Assembly (NCBI GenBank): GCA_965250285.1
Contig: OZ252299.1
Span: 2,176,001 to 2,240,000 of the forward strand
Length of the DNA: 64,000 nucleotides
DNA from: Myxococcota bacterium
Lineage (GTDB): Bacteria; Myxococcota_A; UBA9160; UBA4427
Reading direction: 5' to 3'
The position numbers and the translations under genes are program-made. How positions within the stretch are numbered: the stretch's first letter is position 1; each line of letters begins with the position of its first letter. Positions 30,297 through 40,164 of this stretch are shown here, piece after piece. The notes under the pieces are model-generated. The model saw only the letters and a list, made by a program, of their open reading frames with translations, had not been told where the DNA came from and ran no database searches.

Positions 30297-32723
30297 ATGT
30301 ACGTCTCGATCAAGTGGCTGAAGCGGCACGTCGACCTGGGCGGACTCTCCGCCGAGCAGATCTGCGACGACCTGACGCTGTCGACCGCCGAGGTCGAAGG
30401 GCTCGAGCCCTTCGCGCCGTGGCTCGGGGACGTCACCGTCGGCCTCGTGAAGACGCGTGAGCCCCACCCCGACGCCGACAAGCTCTCGGTCTGCACGGTC
30501 GACATCGGCGGCGACGAGGCGCTCACCATCGTGTGCGGGGCGCCCAACGTCGATGCGGGCCAGAAGGTCGCCGTGGCGACCGTGGGCACCGTGTTGCCGG
30601 GCGACTTCAAGATCAAGAAGTCGAAGATTCGCGGCGTGCCGAGCCAGGGCATGATCTGCGCGCTCGACGAGCTCGGGCTGGGAGACGATCACGAGGGCAT
30701 CTGGGTGCTGCCGGGCGACGTCGCGGTCGGCGAGTCGCTGGCGAAGGCCATGGATCTCGAAGACCACGTCATCGAGATCGACAACAAGTCGCTCACGCAT
30801 CGCCCCGACCTGTGGGGCCATCGCGGCATCGCCGGCGAGCTCGCCGCGATCTACCGCCGCGACCTGCGCTCGATCGACCTGACACTGCCCGCCACCGGCG
30901 ACGCGCCCGGCTGCCCGGTGAAGATCGAGTCGCCCGCGTGCTCCAAGTATCTCGCCCTCGAGATCGCAGGCGCGCGCGCCCTGCCCTCGCCGCTGTGGAT
31001 GCAGGCGCTGCTCCTCGCCGTCGGTCAACGGCCGATCGATCAGCTGGTCGACCTCTCGAACTTCGTGATGCTCGACCTCGGCCAGCCGAACCACACCTTC
31101 GATCGTCGAGCGATCGGCGACGACGGCATCGTGGTGCGCCAGGCGCACGCGGGCGAGACTCTCCGCACACTCGACGACGAAGAACGCGCGCTCGTCGACA
31201 CCGACCTCCTGATCTGCGCCGGCGACACGCCGGTCGCGCTCGCCGGCATCATGGGCGGCGAGGGGTCGAAGGTTGAAGGCGACACCGACGCACTCGTGCT
31301 CGAGGTCGCAACGTTCGACCCGACGGTGGTGCGCCGCACTTCTGCGCGGCTGGCCCTGCGCACCGACTCGTCGGCGCGCTTCGAGAAGAGCCTCGACCCG
31401 ACGCTGCCAGCCCGCGCCGCCGCGCATTTCGTGCGGCTGCTCGCCGAGCTGCAGCCCGAAGTGACGCTGCCCTCGAAGCTCACCGAGGTCGGCGACGGCG
31501 TCGACCCGGCGTTCAGCCTGAGGCTGCGCACCGATCACGTCCGCCGATCCCTCGGCAAGGCCGTCGACGACGCCGAGATTCGCGACATCCTCGAGCGCCT
31601 CGGCTTCGGCGTGCGCGACGTCGAAGAGGGTTTCGAGGTCGCCGTGCCGTCGGCCCGCGCGACCAAGGACATCGGCATCGAGCGCGACCTCGTCGAAGAG
31701 GTCGGACGCATCCATCGATACGGTGAGATCGAGCCGGCGGCGATGGCGTTCGATCTGGTGCCGCCCCCGCGCAACGACCGACGCCGGCTCGTGCGCCAGA
31801 TCCAGGACCGACTCGCGGGCGGTGCACGTTTCCACGAAGTGATCGCCTACTCGTTCGTGCATGACGATCTGGTGAAGAAACTCGGTCAAGAAGATCTCGG
31901 CTACGTGCGCGTGATCAACCCCGTCGTGCAGGGCGAGGAGCGCGTGCGCCGCTCGGTCGTCGCGAGCCTGCTCGCGCCGCTCGAAGCCAACCGTCGAGGC
32001 GGCGACGACGTGCGCCTCTTCGAGATCGGCAAGGGGTACGTGCCCGAGGACGGCAACGACCGCGGCGAGCCGCGCGAGCGCCACCTGCTCGGCCTCGTCT
32101 GGGCGACGCCCCGACCCGGCCAGCATGCATCGTTCGACGAGAACCGCTTCGCCCAGCTCTACGGTGTCGTGAGCGAGCTGATCGCCCATCTCGGGTACGA
32201 GGCGCCGAGCTGGACCGTGGCCGAGCAGGCGCCGGCCTGGGCGCACCCCGGCAAGCGCCTCGAGGCGCGATTCGACGGCGTCGACGAGGCCCTCGCGCTG
32301 GTCGCCGACCTCGATCCCGGAGCCGCGGCGGCGCTCGGCCTCTCGGGTGAGCTCGCGAGTGACGTCGCGGTGGCCGAGATCTCCCTCGACGCGCTGCTCG
32401 CGGGGCCAAAACGGAGCGCGCGCTACACGCCCCTGCCCAAGTTCCCGGGCATCAAGGTCGATGTCGCCGTCGCGCTCGACGAGGCGACACCTTCACAGGC
32501 GGTGGTCGACGCGATCGAGGCTTCGGGCAAGGGCATCGTCGCCTCCGTCGAGCTCTTCGACCTCTACCGTGGAGATGCGCTCGGCGAAGGTCGCAAGAGC
32601 CTGGCCTACCATGTGATACTGCAGTCGGGGAGCAAGACGCTCAGCGAGAAGGACGAGCAGAAGTTCCTCAAGCGATTCGACCAGGCGGTGCAGAAGCTCG
32701 GCGGCGAGCTGCGCAGCGGCTGA
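30297..32723 (+). CDS. pheT: Phenylalanine-tRNA ligase beta subunit
   Basis: HPDADKL, IVCGAPNV, B3/4 domain, DLVEEVGRI, ferredoxin-fold C-terminus; directly follows pheS. Confidence 0.97.
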   Translation: MYVSIKWLKRHVDLGGLSAEQICDDLTLSTAEVEGLEPFAPWLGDVTVGLVKTREPHPDADKLSVCTVDIGGDEALTIVCGAPNVDAGQKVAVATVGTVLPGDFKIKKSKIRGVPSQGMICALDELGLGDDHEGIWVLPGDVAVGESLAKAMDLEDHVIEIDNKSLTHRPDLWGHRGIAGELAAIYRRDLRSIDLTLPATGDAPGCPVKIESPACSKYLALEIAGARALPSPLWMQALLLAVGQRPIDQLVDLSNFVMLDLGQPNHTFDRRAIGDDGIVVRQAHAGETLRTLDDEERALVDTDLLICAGDTPVALAGIMGGEGSKVEGDTDALVLEVATFDPTVVRRTSARLALRTDSSARFEKSLDPTLPARAAAHFVRLLAELQPEVTLPSKLTEVGDGVDPAFSLRLRTDHVRRSLGKAVDDAEIRDILERLGFGVRDVEEGFEVAVPSARATKDIGIERDLVEEVGRIHRYGEIEPAAMAFDLVPPPRNDRRRLVRQIQDRLAGGARFHEVIAYSFVHDDLVKKLGQEDLGYVRVINPVVQGEERVRRSVVASLLAPLEANRRGGDDVRLFEIGKGYVPEDGNDRGEPRERHLLGLVWATPRPGQHASFDENRFAQLYGVVSELIAHLGYEAPSWTVAEQAPAWAHPGKRLEARFDGVDEALALVADLDPGAAAALGLSGELASDVAVAEISLDALLAGPKRSARYTPLPKFPGIKVDVAVALDEATPSQAVVDAIEASGKGIVASVELFDLYRGDALGEGRKSLAYHVILQSGSKTLSEKDEQKFLKRFDQAVQKLGGELRSG

Positions 32724-32765
32724 GCGCCCTCCATGCCCATTTGCGTGGAGGTATGAGACCTGGCA

Positions 32766-34895
32766 ATGCGGCTGCGCTGGCTCCTCGCGAACACGCTCAC
32801 GTGCATCACCCTGGCGCCCCTGGGCGCGGCGGCCCACGAGCCTTCCGATGAGATCGAGACGGTCGAGGTGCGCGCCCCGCGCGTGCAGACGGCCACCTCG
32901 AGCTTCACGATTCCGGCGACCGACTTCGAGCTGCGCGCACTCGAGAGCGGCGGCCAGATGCTCGAGGCGATCCCGAACGTGCTGACTGCCCAGCACACGG
33001 GCGGCGGCAAGGCCGAGCAGATCTTCGTGCGCGGCTTCGACGCCGATCACGGGACCGACATCGCCGTCTACTTCGACGACGTGCCGATCAACCTCCGAAG
33101 CCACGCCCACGGGCAGGGCTACCTCGACCTCCACTTCGTCACGAAGGAGACCATCGCGCGCCTCGAGGGCGGCAAGGGCCCCTATCAGGCGCGGTACGGC
33201 GACTTCGCGACGGCGGCCTACGTCGACTACGTTCCCTTCGACACGCTCGACTCGTCGTTCGTCCTGTTCGAGGGCGGATCATTCGAGACGCTCCGAGCGG
33301 TCGGGGGACTCTCGAGCGGCGGGGGCGTGCTCGAGCGCGACGGCCCGGCCCAGGGCTTCATCACGTTCGAGGCGTATCACACCGATGGGCCGTTCCTGAA
33401 CGACGAAGACCTGTGGCGCTACTCGGCCTTCGCGCGCGGTCACGTCGACGTGAACCGCGACCTGACGCTCTCGGGTCATCTGCTCGGCTACTACGGCGAG
33501 TGGAACGCATCCGGGCTGATTCCGCAGCGCTTGATCGACGACGGCACCGTCGACCGCTTCGGCTCCCTCGACCCGACCGAAGGCGGACGCACCTGGCGCG
33601 TACAGGCGAAGGCCCAGGCCGACTGGACGCCCAATGAATCGACCCACATGCGCGGCAACGCCTACATCGCCTGGTACGACCTCGAGCTCTACTCGAACTT
33701 CACGTACAACCTCGAAACGGTGCCCCCGCTGAGTGACGGCATCGTGCAGCGCGACGACGACCGCATTCAAGTGGGCGGGCGATTCGAGGTCGATCACGCC
33801 CCCGACCGGACCTGGCGGCCGAAGTTCGGAGCCGGGCTCGAGTGGCGGCTCGACCACGTCGACGTCGTCCTCGCGACCCAGACGCGTCGAACCGACACCG
33901 GCTGCCAACGCTCGGGCGTGGCCGACCCGAACGCGGCGTGCAGCGACGAGACGATCCGACAGAGCTCGGCCGAACCCTACATCGACGCCGGCATCGAGCC
34001 GCTGCCCTGGCTGAACCTCGATGCCGGCCTGCGCATGGCCTGGCATCGATTCAACGAGGTCGGGGATGGCGCCACCCAGGGCCGCGGCACGCAGGACGAG
34101 GTGGTCTGGCTCCCGAAGGCCAACCTGGTCCTCACGCCGTTTGCCGAGGACGGCGCCTGGCCGAGCTCGATCGACGCGCTCGAGTCGGTGGAGGTCTTCG
34201 GCAACTTCGGCATCGGTTACCACTCGAACGACGCGCGCACCGCGCTCGACGACCCCGGCGCCGACCTGCTGCCGCTCGCGACCGGAGCCGAAGGCGGTGT
34301 ACGCGTTCGACTCACCGACCGGATCGAAGTGGGCCTCGACTACTGGTGGCTGAAGCTCGACCAGGAGCTCGCGTTCGTCGGCGACGAAGGCACCACCGAA
34401 GCCTCGGGCGAAACGCGACGTCGAGGCATCGAAGCCGTCGCGAACATCTGGATCGTCGACTGGCTGTACCTGCGCGGTGACGTCGGCTACACGCGCGCAC
34501 GCTTCGCCGACGGCGACGCCCCGGTGGCGCAGGCGCCGCGACTTATCGCGCGGGCGGCGACGGGCGTGCGCTGGGAGGGGCTCTCGGCCGAGCTCGGCCT
34601 GCGCCATCTCGGCGAGCGCTACGGCACCGAGGACATCGAGGGTCCGCGCCTGTCGGGCTACACGGTGCTCGACCTGGCCGCGCGCTACCGCTGGCGGTTC
34701 CTCGACATCGGGGTGGCGATCGAGAACCTCACGAACACCGACTGGAGCAGCTCGGAGTTCTACTACGCGTCGTGTACGAGTGCCGACCAGAGTGCGGGCC
34801 GCTGCACCATGGGCAGCGGCGTCGGCGTCGACGATCGCAACCTCTCGCCCGGCAACCCGATCGGCGCGCGCGCGTGGGTGACCGCGCGGTTCTGA
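32766..34895 (+). CDS. TonB-dependent outer-membrane receptor
   Basis: Signal peptide, TonB-box-like ETVEV, plug motif FVRGFDADHG, IENLTN, C-terminal Phe. Confidence 0.92.
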   Translation: MRLRWLLANTLTCITLAPLGAAAHEPSDEIETVEVRAPRVQTATSSFTIPATDFELRALESGGQMLEAIPNVLTAQHTGGGKAEQIFVRGFDADHGTDIAVYFDDVPINLRSHAHGQGYLDLHFVTKETIARLEGGKGPYQARYGDFATAAYVDYVPFDTLDSSFVLFEGGSFETLRAVGGLSSGGGVLERDGPAQGFITFEAYHTDGPFLNDEDLWRYSAFARGHVDVNRDLTLSGHLLGYYGEWNASGLIPQRLIDDGTVDRFGSLDPTEGGRTWRVQAKAQADWTPNESTHMRGNAYIAWYDLELYSNFTYNLETVPPLSDGIVQRDDDRIQVGGRFEVDHAPDRTWRPKFGAGLEWRLDHVDVVLATQTRRTDTGCQRSGVADPNAACSDETIRQSSAEPYIDAGIEPLPWLNLDAGLRMAWHRFNEVGDGATQGRGTQDEVVWLPKANLVLTPFAEDGAWPSSIDALESVEVFGNFGIGYHSNDARTALDDPGADLLPLATGAEGGVRVRLTDRIEVGLDYWWLKLDQELAFVGDEGTTEASGETRRRGIEAVANIWIVDWLYLRGDVGYTRARFADGDAPVAQAPRLIARAATGVRWEGLSAELGLRHLGERYGTEDIEGPRLSGYTVLDLAARYRWRFLDIGVAIENLTNTDWSSSEFYYASCTSADQSAGRCTMGSGVGVDDRNLSPGNPIGARAWVTARF

Positions 34896-34916
34896 GCGCC
34901 TCCACCCGACCGGACG

Positions 34917-35450
34917 CTAGGCGGCGGCGATGCTCCGCACCCGCTGGTGCTTGTTCTTGACGGCGAAGTCGGCCACGTGTGAAGCGCACCAGGCGTTGGG
35001 CTTGACCAGCACCGGGAACCCGCTGCCCGCGACCATGCCAGCGAGCTGCTTCACGTAGTCGCTCGAGTCGTAGCGGGTGTCGGGGTTGGCGTCGACGTGC
35101 ACCCAGATCTGCTCGTTCTCGGCTGGCAGACCGAGGCGATCGTTCATCTCGATCGCGAGCTCGAGGCTGTACCAGGTCTCATACGAAAGCTTCTCGTAGA
35201 GCGAGATCTCCTTGCGCTCGTGTCGCCGGGTGTAGAACACGCGACCGCCCTTGCCCGGGTTCAGCACACACGCGACGGTGACGAACTCCATCCGGTGCGC
35301 CGACTTCTGGGCATCGGTGCCGATGTGCACGATGTGCCCGAGGTCGAGCAGCCGCCCGACCGAATCCATCAGGTCGAGGGTCTCGGCGCCGGAGAGGGTC
35401 CACCAGCGTGCGTCTGCAATGTTGCCTGCCTTCATCCCCGGTCTGGCCAT
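34917..35450 (-). CDS. RNase H-like YkuK (DUF458) family protein
   Basis: HIGTDAQ, GKGGRVFY, E.WYSL, VHVDAN and KPNAWCASHVAD motifs; GGAGG RBS before ATG 35450. Confidence 0.85.
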   Translation of the reverse strand: MARPGMKAGNIADARWWTLSGAETLDLMDSVGRLLDLGHIVHIGTDAQKSAHRMEFVTVACVLNPGKGGRVFYTRRHERKEISLYEKLSYETWYSLELAIEMNDRLGLPAENEQIWVHVDANPDTRYDSSDYVKQLAGMVAGSGFPVLVKPNAWCASHVADFAVKNKHQRVRSIAAA

Positions 35451-35489
35451 TGGTCCTCCCCTTCGGCTCGCCACCGAGCCGGGCCCCAG

Positions 35490-35525
35490 AAACAACGAAC
35501 CCCCGTACCGGCTTGGGCACGGGGG
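35490..35525 (-). terminator. Intrinsic terminator-like hairpin in the ykuK-like 5' leader (putative attenuator)
   Basis: Minus strand CCCCCGTGCC-CAAGCC-GGTACGGGGG (10-bp stem, one G-U pair) followed by TTCGTTGTTT, about 40 nt before the start codon. Confidence 0.7.
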
Positions 35526-35823
35526 CGCGTGAAGATTCGATCGGTGGTGATGTCGCAGACCCGCCTCGATCTCGAAGGCGACTGCGCTGGCTGGGTCGGA
35601 CACGGCCAGCTCGAGTGTCTCGCGCTCGCTCGGGCCTCCGGCGCGCGCAGCGGCGCGTCCGTCGCCGCGCGCCCTCTTCTTGGGTGCCGCGGCGTGGGTC
35701 GCGCAAGCATCATCGCCGGCTCTTGGCCGTGCATGGCTCGATGCGCCCTCCGCCGAGCGACGCGGCCGACTGCCGGATCCGACTCGATCGAGTCGGTGGG
35801 GAGCCGGGCGTCGTTCGGGCCTG

Positions 35824-35853
35824 AGGGTAAAGGCCCCGGGCGAACGACGTCAA
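35824..35853 (-). promoter_or_regulatory. Putative sigma70 promoter TTGACG-N18-TACCCT embedded in an inverted repeat
   Basis: The -35 and -10 hexamers read on the minus strand; CGTCGTTCG (35809-35817) and CGAACGACG (35841-35849) flank the -10. Confidence 0.5.
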
Positions 35854-35901
35854 GACCGGCTTTCGGGGCACGCGCGGGCGCCCGCATCGGCAGCCTGGAC
35901 G

Positions 35902-35936
35902 AAAAGAGGCCCCCGTCCTCACGGATCGGGGGCCCC
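35902..35936 (-). terminator. Rho-independent terminator of the MaoC-like hydratase gene
   Basis: GGCCCCCG...CGGGGGCC stem followed by TCTTTT, about 40 nt after the stop. Confidence 0.8.
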
Positions 35937-35975
35937 GGGGTCTCGACGTGCGGTCGCGGTCCGGCCGCGCCCGTC

Positions 35976-36812
35976 TCAGGCGAAGGTCATCTCGCCAGCG
36001 TCGATCACGACGACGCCGTCCTGGTTCTTCGTCTGATAAGCGCAGGCATTGCCGTCGACCCACATGCTGACCGTAAGCTCGTCGCCGGGCATGACCGGCT
36101 TGCTGAAGCGGCCGTACATCGACTTGAACCGGCTCGGGTCGCCGCCGCACAAGGTGTGCAGCAGGGCCCGACCCGTGAAGCCGTAGGTGCACAGGCCATG
36201 GAGGATCGGCTTGTCGAAACCGCCCATCTGCGCGAACGAAGGATCGGAGTGCAGCGGGTTGCGATCGCCCGACAGGCGATAGGTGAGCGCCTGGTCTTCG
36301 CGCGTCGCGTACGTCACCTGGTGGTCGGCCGCTCGGTCGGGCGGAGCGAACTTGCCCGACGGGCCGCGCTCACCCCCGAAGCCGCCCTCGCCTCGCAGGA
36401 AGACCGACATCATCACCTTCATGAGGGGCTTGCCGGTGGCGACGAGCGTCGACTCGCTCTCGAGCTCGACGACCGCACCACTGCCCTTGTCCCACATCGC
36501 GGCGATGCGCCCGACGCTCTCGATCTCGCCCTCGGGCGGAATCTCGTCCAAGAGCTCGATGCGCTCCTCACCGTGCACGAGCAGCGCGGGGTTGAAGCTG
36601 CCGATCTTGTTCATCGGCACGCCGCCGCCGCCGAGAATCACGGCCATGGTCGGCAGCACGCGCTGCGGCGTGTCCTTGGTGTTCTCGGTCGTGAAGGCGA
36701 GCTCGCTCGTACCGGCGCCGACGCCCACGGCGTAGAGCAGCGCGTCCTTCGAGGTCCAGGATCGCTTGACGGGTTCGCCGGTCGCGCCGACGGCGCTGGG
36801 ATCGACGGGCAT
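35976..36812 (-). CDS. Double hot-dog (R)-hydroxyacyl-CoA dehydratase, MaoC/HtdY-like
   Basis: YRLSGDRNPLHSDP...PILHGLCTYG hydratase-2 motif. The true start is ATG 36812; the 1498-aa ORF-track extension is spurious. Confidence 0.92.
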   Translation of the reverse strand: MPVDPSAVGATGEPVKRSWTSKDALLYAVGVGAGTSELAFTTENTKDTPQRVLPTMAVILGGGGVPMNKIGSFNPALLVHGEERIELLDEIPPEGEIESVGRIAAMWDKGSGAVVELESESTLVATGKPLMKVMMSVFLRGEGGFGGERGPSGKFAPPDRAADHQVTYATREDQALTYRLSGDRNPLHSDPSFAQMGGFDKPILHGLCTYGFTGRALLHTLCGGDPSRFKSMYGRFSKPVMPGDELTVSMWVDGNACAYQTKNQDGVVVIDAGEMTFA

Positions 36813-36984
36813 GGGGAGTCCTCTCTGTGTTTGCTCGGGTGCTTCGAGTCGAAGTTGGCTTCCGGCCGCGTTGCCCACGCCGGTCTCCGTCGCGCGCTGC
36901 GCGACCGGAGCCGCGACAGAGTGGCAGATTCGCGCGGACGAGGCGAGCGCAGAGACAATTGCAGCGGAGCGGATCCGAGGCCCC

Positions 36985-37020
36985 TTGCGCAGATCGGAAA
37001 TCTCGGCATATGATCGGAAA
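36985..37020 (+). promoter_or_regulatory. Putative sigma70 promoter (TTGCGC-N18-TATGAT) overlapped by the direct repeat GATCGGAAA x2
   Basis: Repeats at 36992-37000 and 37012-37020, 20-bp period, in the divergent intergenic region. Confidence 0.6.
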
Positions 37021-37061
37021 CCAGCTCGGATCCCTCGACCGAGCGACACCGGGAGCCCGCG

Positions 37062-38084
37062 ATGTCCACCGACTTCCAGCGCGGTCTGATCCTCACCGCG
37101 TCGACCGCGCGCGAGAAGGTCGACCTCGGCGTGCGCGCCGAAGCCGCGGGCTTCGACAGCGTCTTCAACGTCGAGTTCTTCAATCAGCACGCGTTCCCTG
37201 TGCTCGGCGCCCTCGCCCAGGCGACCTCGCGCGTGCGCCTCGGCACCGGGATCGCGAGCGCATTCGTGCGCTCCCCGCTGCTCCACGCCACGGCTGCGAT
37301 GGACATCCACGAGCTGTCGGATGGCCGCATGGTGCTGGGTCTCGGCAGCGGTACGTCGCGTATGAACGAAGAGTGGTTCGGCGTGCCGTTCTCGAGACCC
37401 GCCGCGCGCATGCAGGAGGTCGTGCGGCTGCTGCGCGCCGCCTTCGATGCGGCGTCGGGCCTCGGCTTTCGATTCGAGGGCGAATTCTTCGACCTGAAGA
37501 TCCCGGTCTATACCCGGCCGGCGCTGCCCGAGGCACCGATCGACCTTTGGGTAGCCGGTGTGAACGAGCGCATGGTCGGCGCGGCCGGCTCGGTGGCCGA
37601 TGCGCTCGTCGGGCACCCGATCGCCCCGCGCGACTGGCACCGCGACAAGACCCTTCCGGGGCTGCGCGCCGCCGAGGAGGCGGCCGGCCGCAACGCAGGG
37701 GCCTGCCGGCTGGTGCCCTACGTGCTCACCTCGATCAACGAGGATCGGGCCCAGGCGATCCACGACGCCAAGTGTCAGATCGGCTTCTACTACACGGTGT
37801 CGGTCTACCGCACGATCCTCGAACACGAGGGTCTGGCGCACGTTGCCGACGCGTGCCGCGCCGCCCTCCCCAGCTTCGACGTGAAGGCCATGGCCGAGGC
37901 GATTCCGGACGACCTCGTCGAGCGCATTGCGATTGCCTGCCCCCCCGATGAGGCCGTCGATCGACTGGCGCAGTGGAGCGACCTGACCGACGAAGTGTTG
38001 CTCTACGCACCCCAGGTCGGCGTCGCACCGGGCCGCGTGCGCGACAACCTCGACGCGATGCTCGATCTCTTCGGCCGAGCCTGA
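37062..38084 (+). CDS. LLM-class (luciferase-like, probably F420/flavin-dependent) oxidoreductase
   Basis: AEAAGFDSV, TSRVRLGTGI, LSDGRMVLGLGSG. Confidence 0.88.
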   Translation: MSTDFQRGLILTASTAREKVDLGVRAEAAGFDSVFNVEFFNQHAFPVLGALAQATSRVRLGTGIASAFVRSPLLHATAAMDIHELSDGRMVLGLGSGTSRMNEEWFGVPFSRPAARMQEVVRLLRAAFDAASGLGFRFEGEFFDLKIPVYTRPALPEAPIDLWVAGVNERMVGAAGSVADALVGHPIAPRDWHRDKTLPGLRAAEEAAGRNAGACRLVPYVLTSINEDRAQAIHDAKCQIGFYYTVSVYRTILEHEGLAHVADACRAALPSFDVKAMAEAIPDDLVERIAIACPPDEAVDRLAQWSDLTDEVLLYAPQVGVAPGRVRDNLDAMLDLFGRA

Positions 38085-38114
38085 GGCGCGCACGCCCAAC
38101 CCGGAGCCCCGATC

Positions 38115-39209
38115 ATGCCTCCCAAGACCAGCCTCGCGATGGTGCACACGGCGCCGCGTCAGCTCGAAGCCCGCAGCCTGCCCGTGCCCCCGATCAGCGA
38201 CGACACCGCGCTGCTGCGCATCGAGGCCTGCGGCATCTGCGGGAGTGACTACGAGCAGTACGAGGGCATGCTGCGCACGCCCATGCCCGCCGTGCCCGGC
38301 CACGAGCCCCTCGGCATCATCGAGGCGATCGGCGACGGCGCCGCGCGACGCTGGGGCGTCGACGTCGGGGATCGCGTCGCCGTCGAGACCATGGTCGCGT
38401 GCCACGCCTGCTCGACCTGCCTCGGCGGGGCGTACCACCTGTGCGGGCGCAAGAAGATCTACTCGTACGTCCCGCTCAACGTCGAGCCGGGCCTCTGGGG
38501 CGCGTACGCCGAGTACATGGTGCTCGACGGGGGCAGCGTCGTACACAAGATCGACCCCACGTTGCCGGTCGAGCACGCGGTAATGTTCAACCCGCTGGGC
38601 GCCGGCTTTCGCTGGGGCGTCGAGATGCCCGGCACGAGTCCGGGCGATACGGTCGCGATCCTCGGGCCCGGCCAGCGTGGGCTCTCGTGCGTCGTCGCAT
38701 GCAAGCACGCGGGCGCCGAGCAGGTGTTCGTCACCGGGCTGTCCGCAGATGCCCGCAAGCTCGAACTCGCGCGCCGGTTCGGTGCAGATGCCACGATCGA
38801 CGTCGACCACGAAGACCCGGTGCAGCGCATCCGCGAGCTCACCGACGGCCGGGGCGTCGACATCGTCGTGGACGTCTCGTCGTATGCCACGGCGCCGGTC
38901 GTCCAGGCCATCGACATGGTCCGGCCCGGCGGGACGGTGGTGCTCGCCGGGGTAAAGGGCTTCAAGCCGATCCCCGATCTCGTCTCGGACAAGATCGTCG
39001 TCAAAGAGGTGCAGATTCGCGGCGCGATCGGCGTGACGTCGTCGGGCTATCGGTCGGCGATCCGCATGCTCGAGGCGCGCTCGACGCCGCTCGTCGAGAT
39101 GCACACGCACAAGTTCGACCTGAGCGAGGCCGAGCTGGCCATTCGGACCCTCGCGCGCGAGATCGAGGGCGACGAGTCGATCCACTCGTGCCTGATCCCG
39201 GGCGCCTGA
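38115..39209 (+). CDS. Zinc-dependent medium-chain alcohol dehydrogenase
   Basis: CGICGSD, GHE, structural Cys cluster CHACSTC...C, GPGQRG. Confidence 0.92.
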   Translation: MPPKTSLAMVHTAPRQLEARSLPVPPISDDTALLRIEACGICGSDYEQYEGMLRTPMPAVPGHEPLGIIEAIGDGAARRWGVDVGDRVAVETMVACHACSTCLGGAYHLCGRKKIYSYVPLNVEPGLWGAYAEYMVLDGGSVVHKIDPTLPVEHAVMFNPLGAGFRWGVEMPGTSPGDTVAILGPGQRGLSCVVACKHAGAEQVFVTGLSADARKLELARRFGADATIDVDHEDPVQRIRELTDGRGVDIVVDVSSYATAPVVQAIDMVRPGGTVVLAGVKGFKPIPDLVSDKIVVKEVQIRGAIGVTSSGYRSAIRMLEARSTPLVEMHTHKFDLSEAELAIRTLAREIEGDESIHSCLIPGA

Positions 39210-39242
39210 ACGCACGCCCCACCCTGTTTCGAATCCATTCGG

Positions 39243-40103
39243 ATGAGGAGAACCGCCTTGGACACCATCCAGACCTGGGTAGAGAACTCGGGCTACGGCC
39301 GCTCGCTCGGCGTGCTCGTCGAAGACGCGAGCCCGGAGCGCTGGCGCTTCAAGCTGCCCTACGACGACCGCAACTCGAACCCCGGCCAGGCACTGCACGG
39401 CGGATGCGCCGCGTCGCTCGGCCTGATCGGCGCGCAGGCGGTTGCGCGCGCGAACCTGACCGAGGCGGCCGGGGGCTATCACACCGCCGGGCTTCAGGTC
39501 AGCTATCTCGCCGCGGCGATCGGCGAAGACGTGTTCGCCACGGCCACTTTGCTGCGCCGCGGCAAGGCCGTCTGCTTCGTCGAGGTCGACGTCGAGACCG
39601 CCGAAGGCAAATCGATCGCCCACACGACCTCGATGGTGCGCGGCCGCTTCGACACCGACGTGCCGGCGCTGCCCGAGACCAGCGGCGACGCCGCTGAGAG
39701 CGACCCGGGCCCGATGGGTCCGCACGTCGGCAAGATGCCATTCATGGGCGGGCGCGGAATTCGCGTCGAGCACATGCAGGGCGGGTGCGCGCGCATCGTG
39801 ATGCCGAGCAAGCCCGAGAACCTCGACGGCGACGGCGGCGTCCACGAAGGCGCCGTCCTCGCGCTGCTCGACACGACGGGCGCGATGGCCGCGTGGGCAG
39901 TCGACGGCCCCGGTCCCTACAAGGCGTCGACCCCGACGCTGCAGGCACAGATTCTGACACCGCCGCCCGATGCCGATCTCATCGCCTACGGCACGACCCG
40001 GTTTCGCGACGTCGACGCCTACTGGGCCGACGTCGACGTGGCCGATGCGCGCGACGGCCGCGTGGTCGCGCGCGGCACCGTGCAGTACCGGATCGTGCAG
40101 TGA
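39243..40103 (+). CDS. Tandem PaaI-type hot-dog thioesterase
   Basis: Two hot-dog repeats (N...LHGG and N...VHEGAVLALLDT). Confidence 0.8.
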   Translation: MRRTALDTIQTWVENSGYGRSLGVLVEDASPERWRFKLPYDDRNSNPGQALHGGCAASLGLIGAQAVARANLTEAAGGYHTAGLQVSYLAAAIGEDVFATATLLRRGKAVCFVEVDVETAEGKSIAHTTSMVRGRFDTDVPALPETSGDAAESDPGPMGPHVGKMPFMGGRGIRVEHMQGGCARIVMPSKPENLDGDGGVHEGAVLALLDTTGAMAAWAVDGPGPYKASTPTLQAQILTPPPDADLIAYGTTRFRDVDAYWADVDVADARDGRVVARGTVQYRIVQ

Positions 40104-40164
40104 GCGCGGGCCCGTCTCGACGCGAGTCGGCGTCCGCATGGGTGCGGGCCTCTGATCCGCTTGC

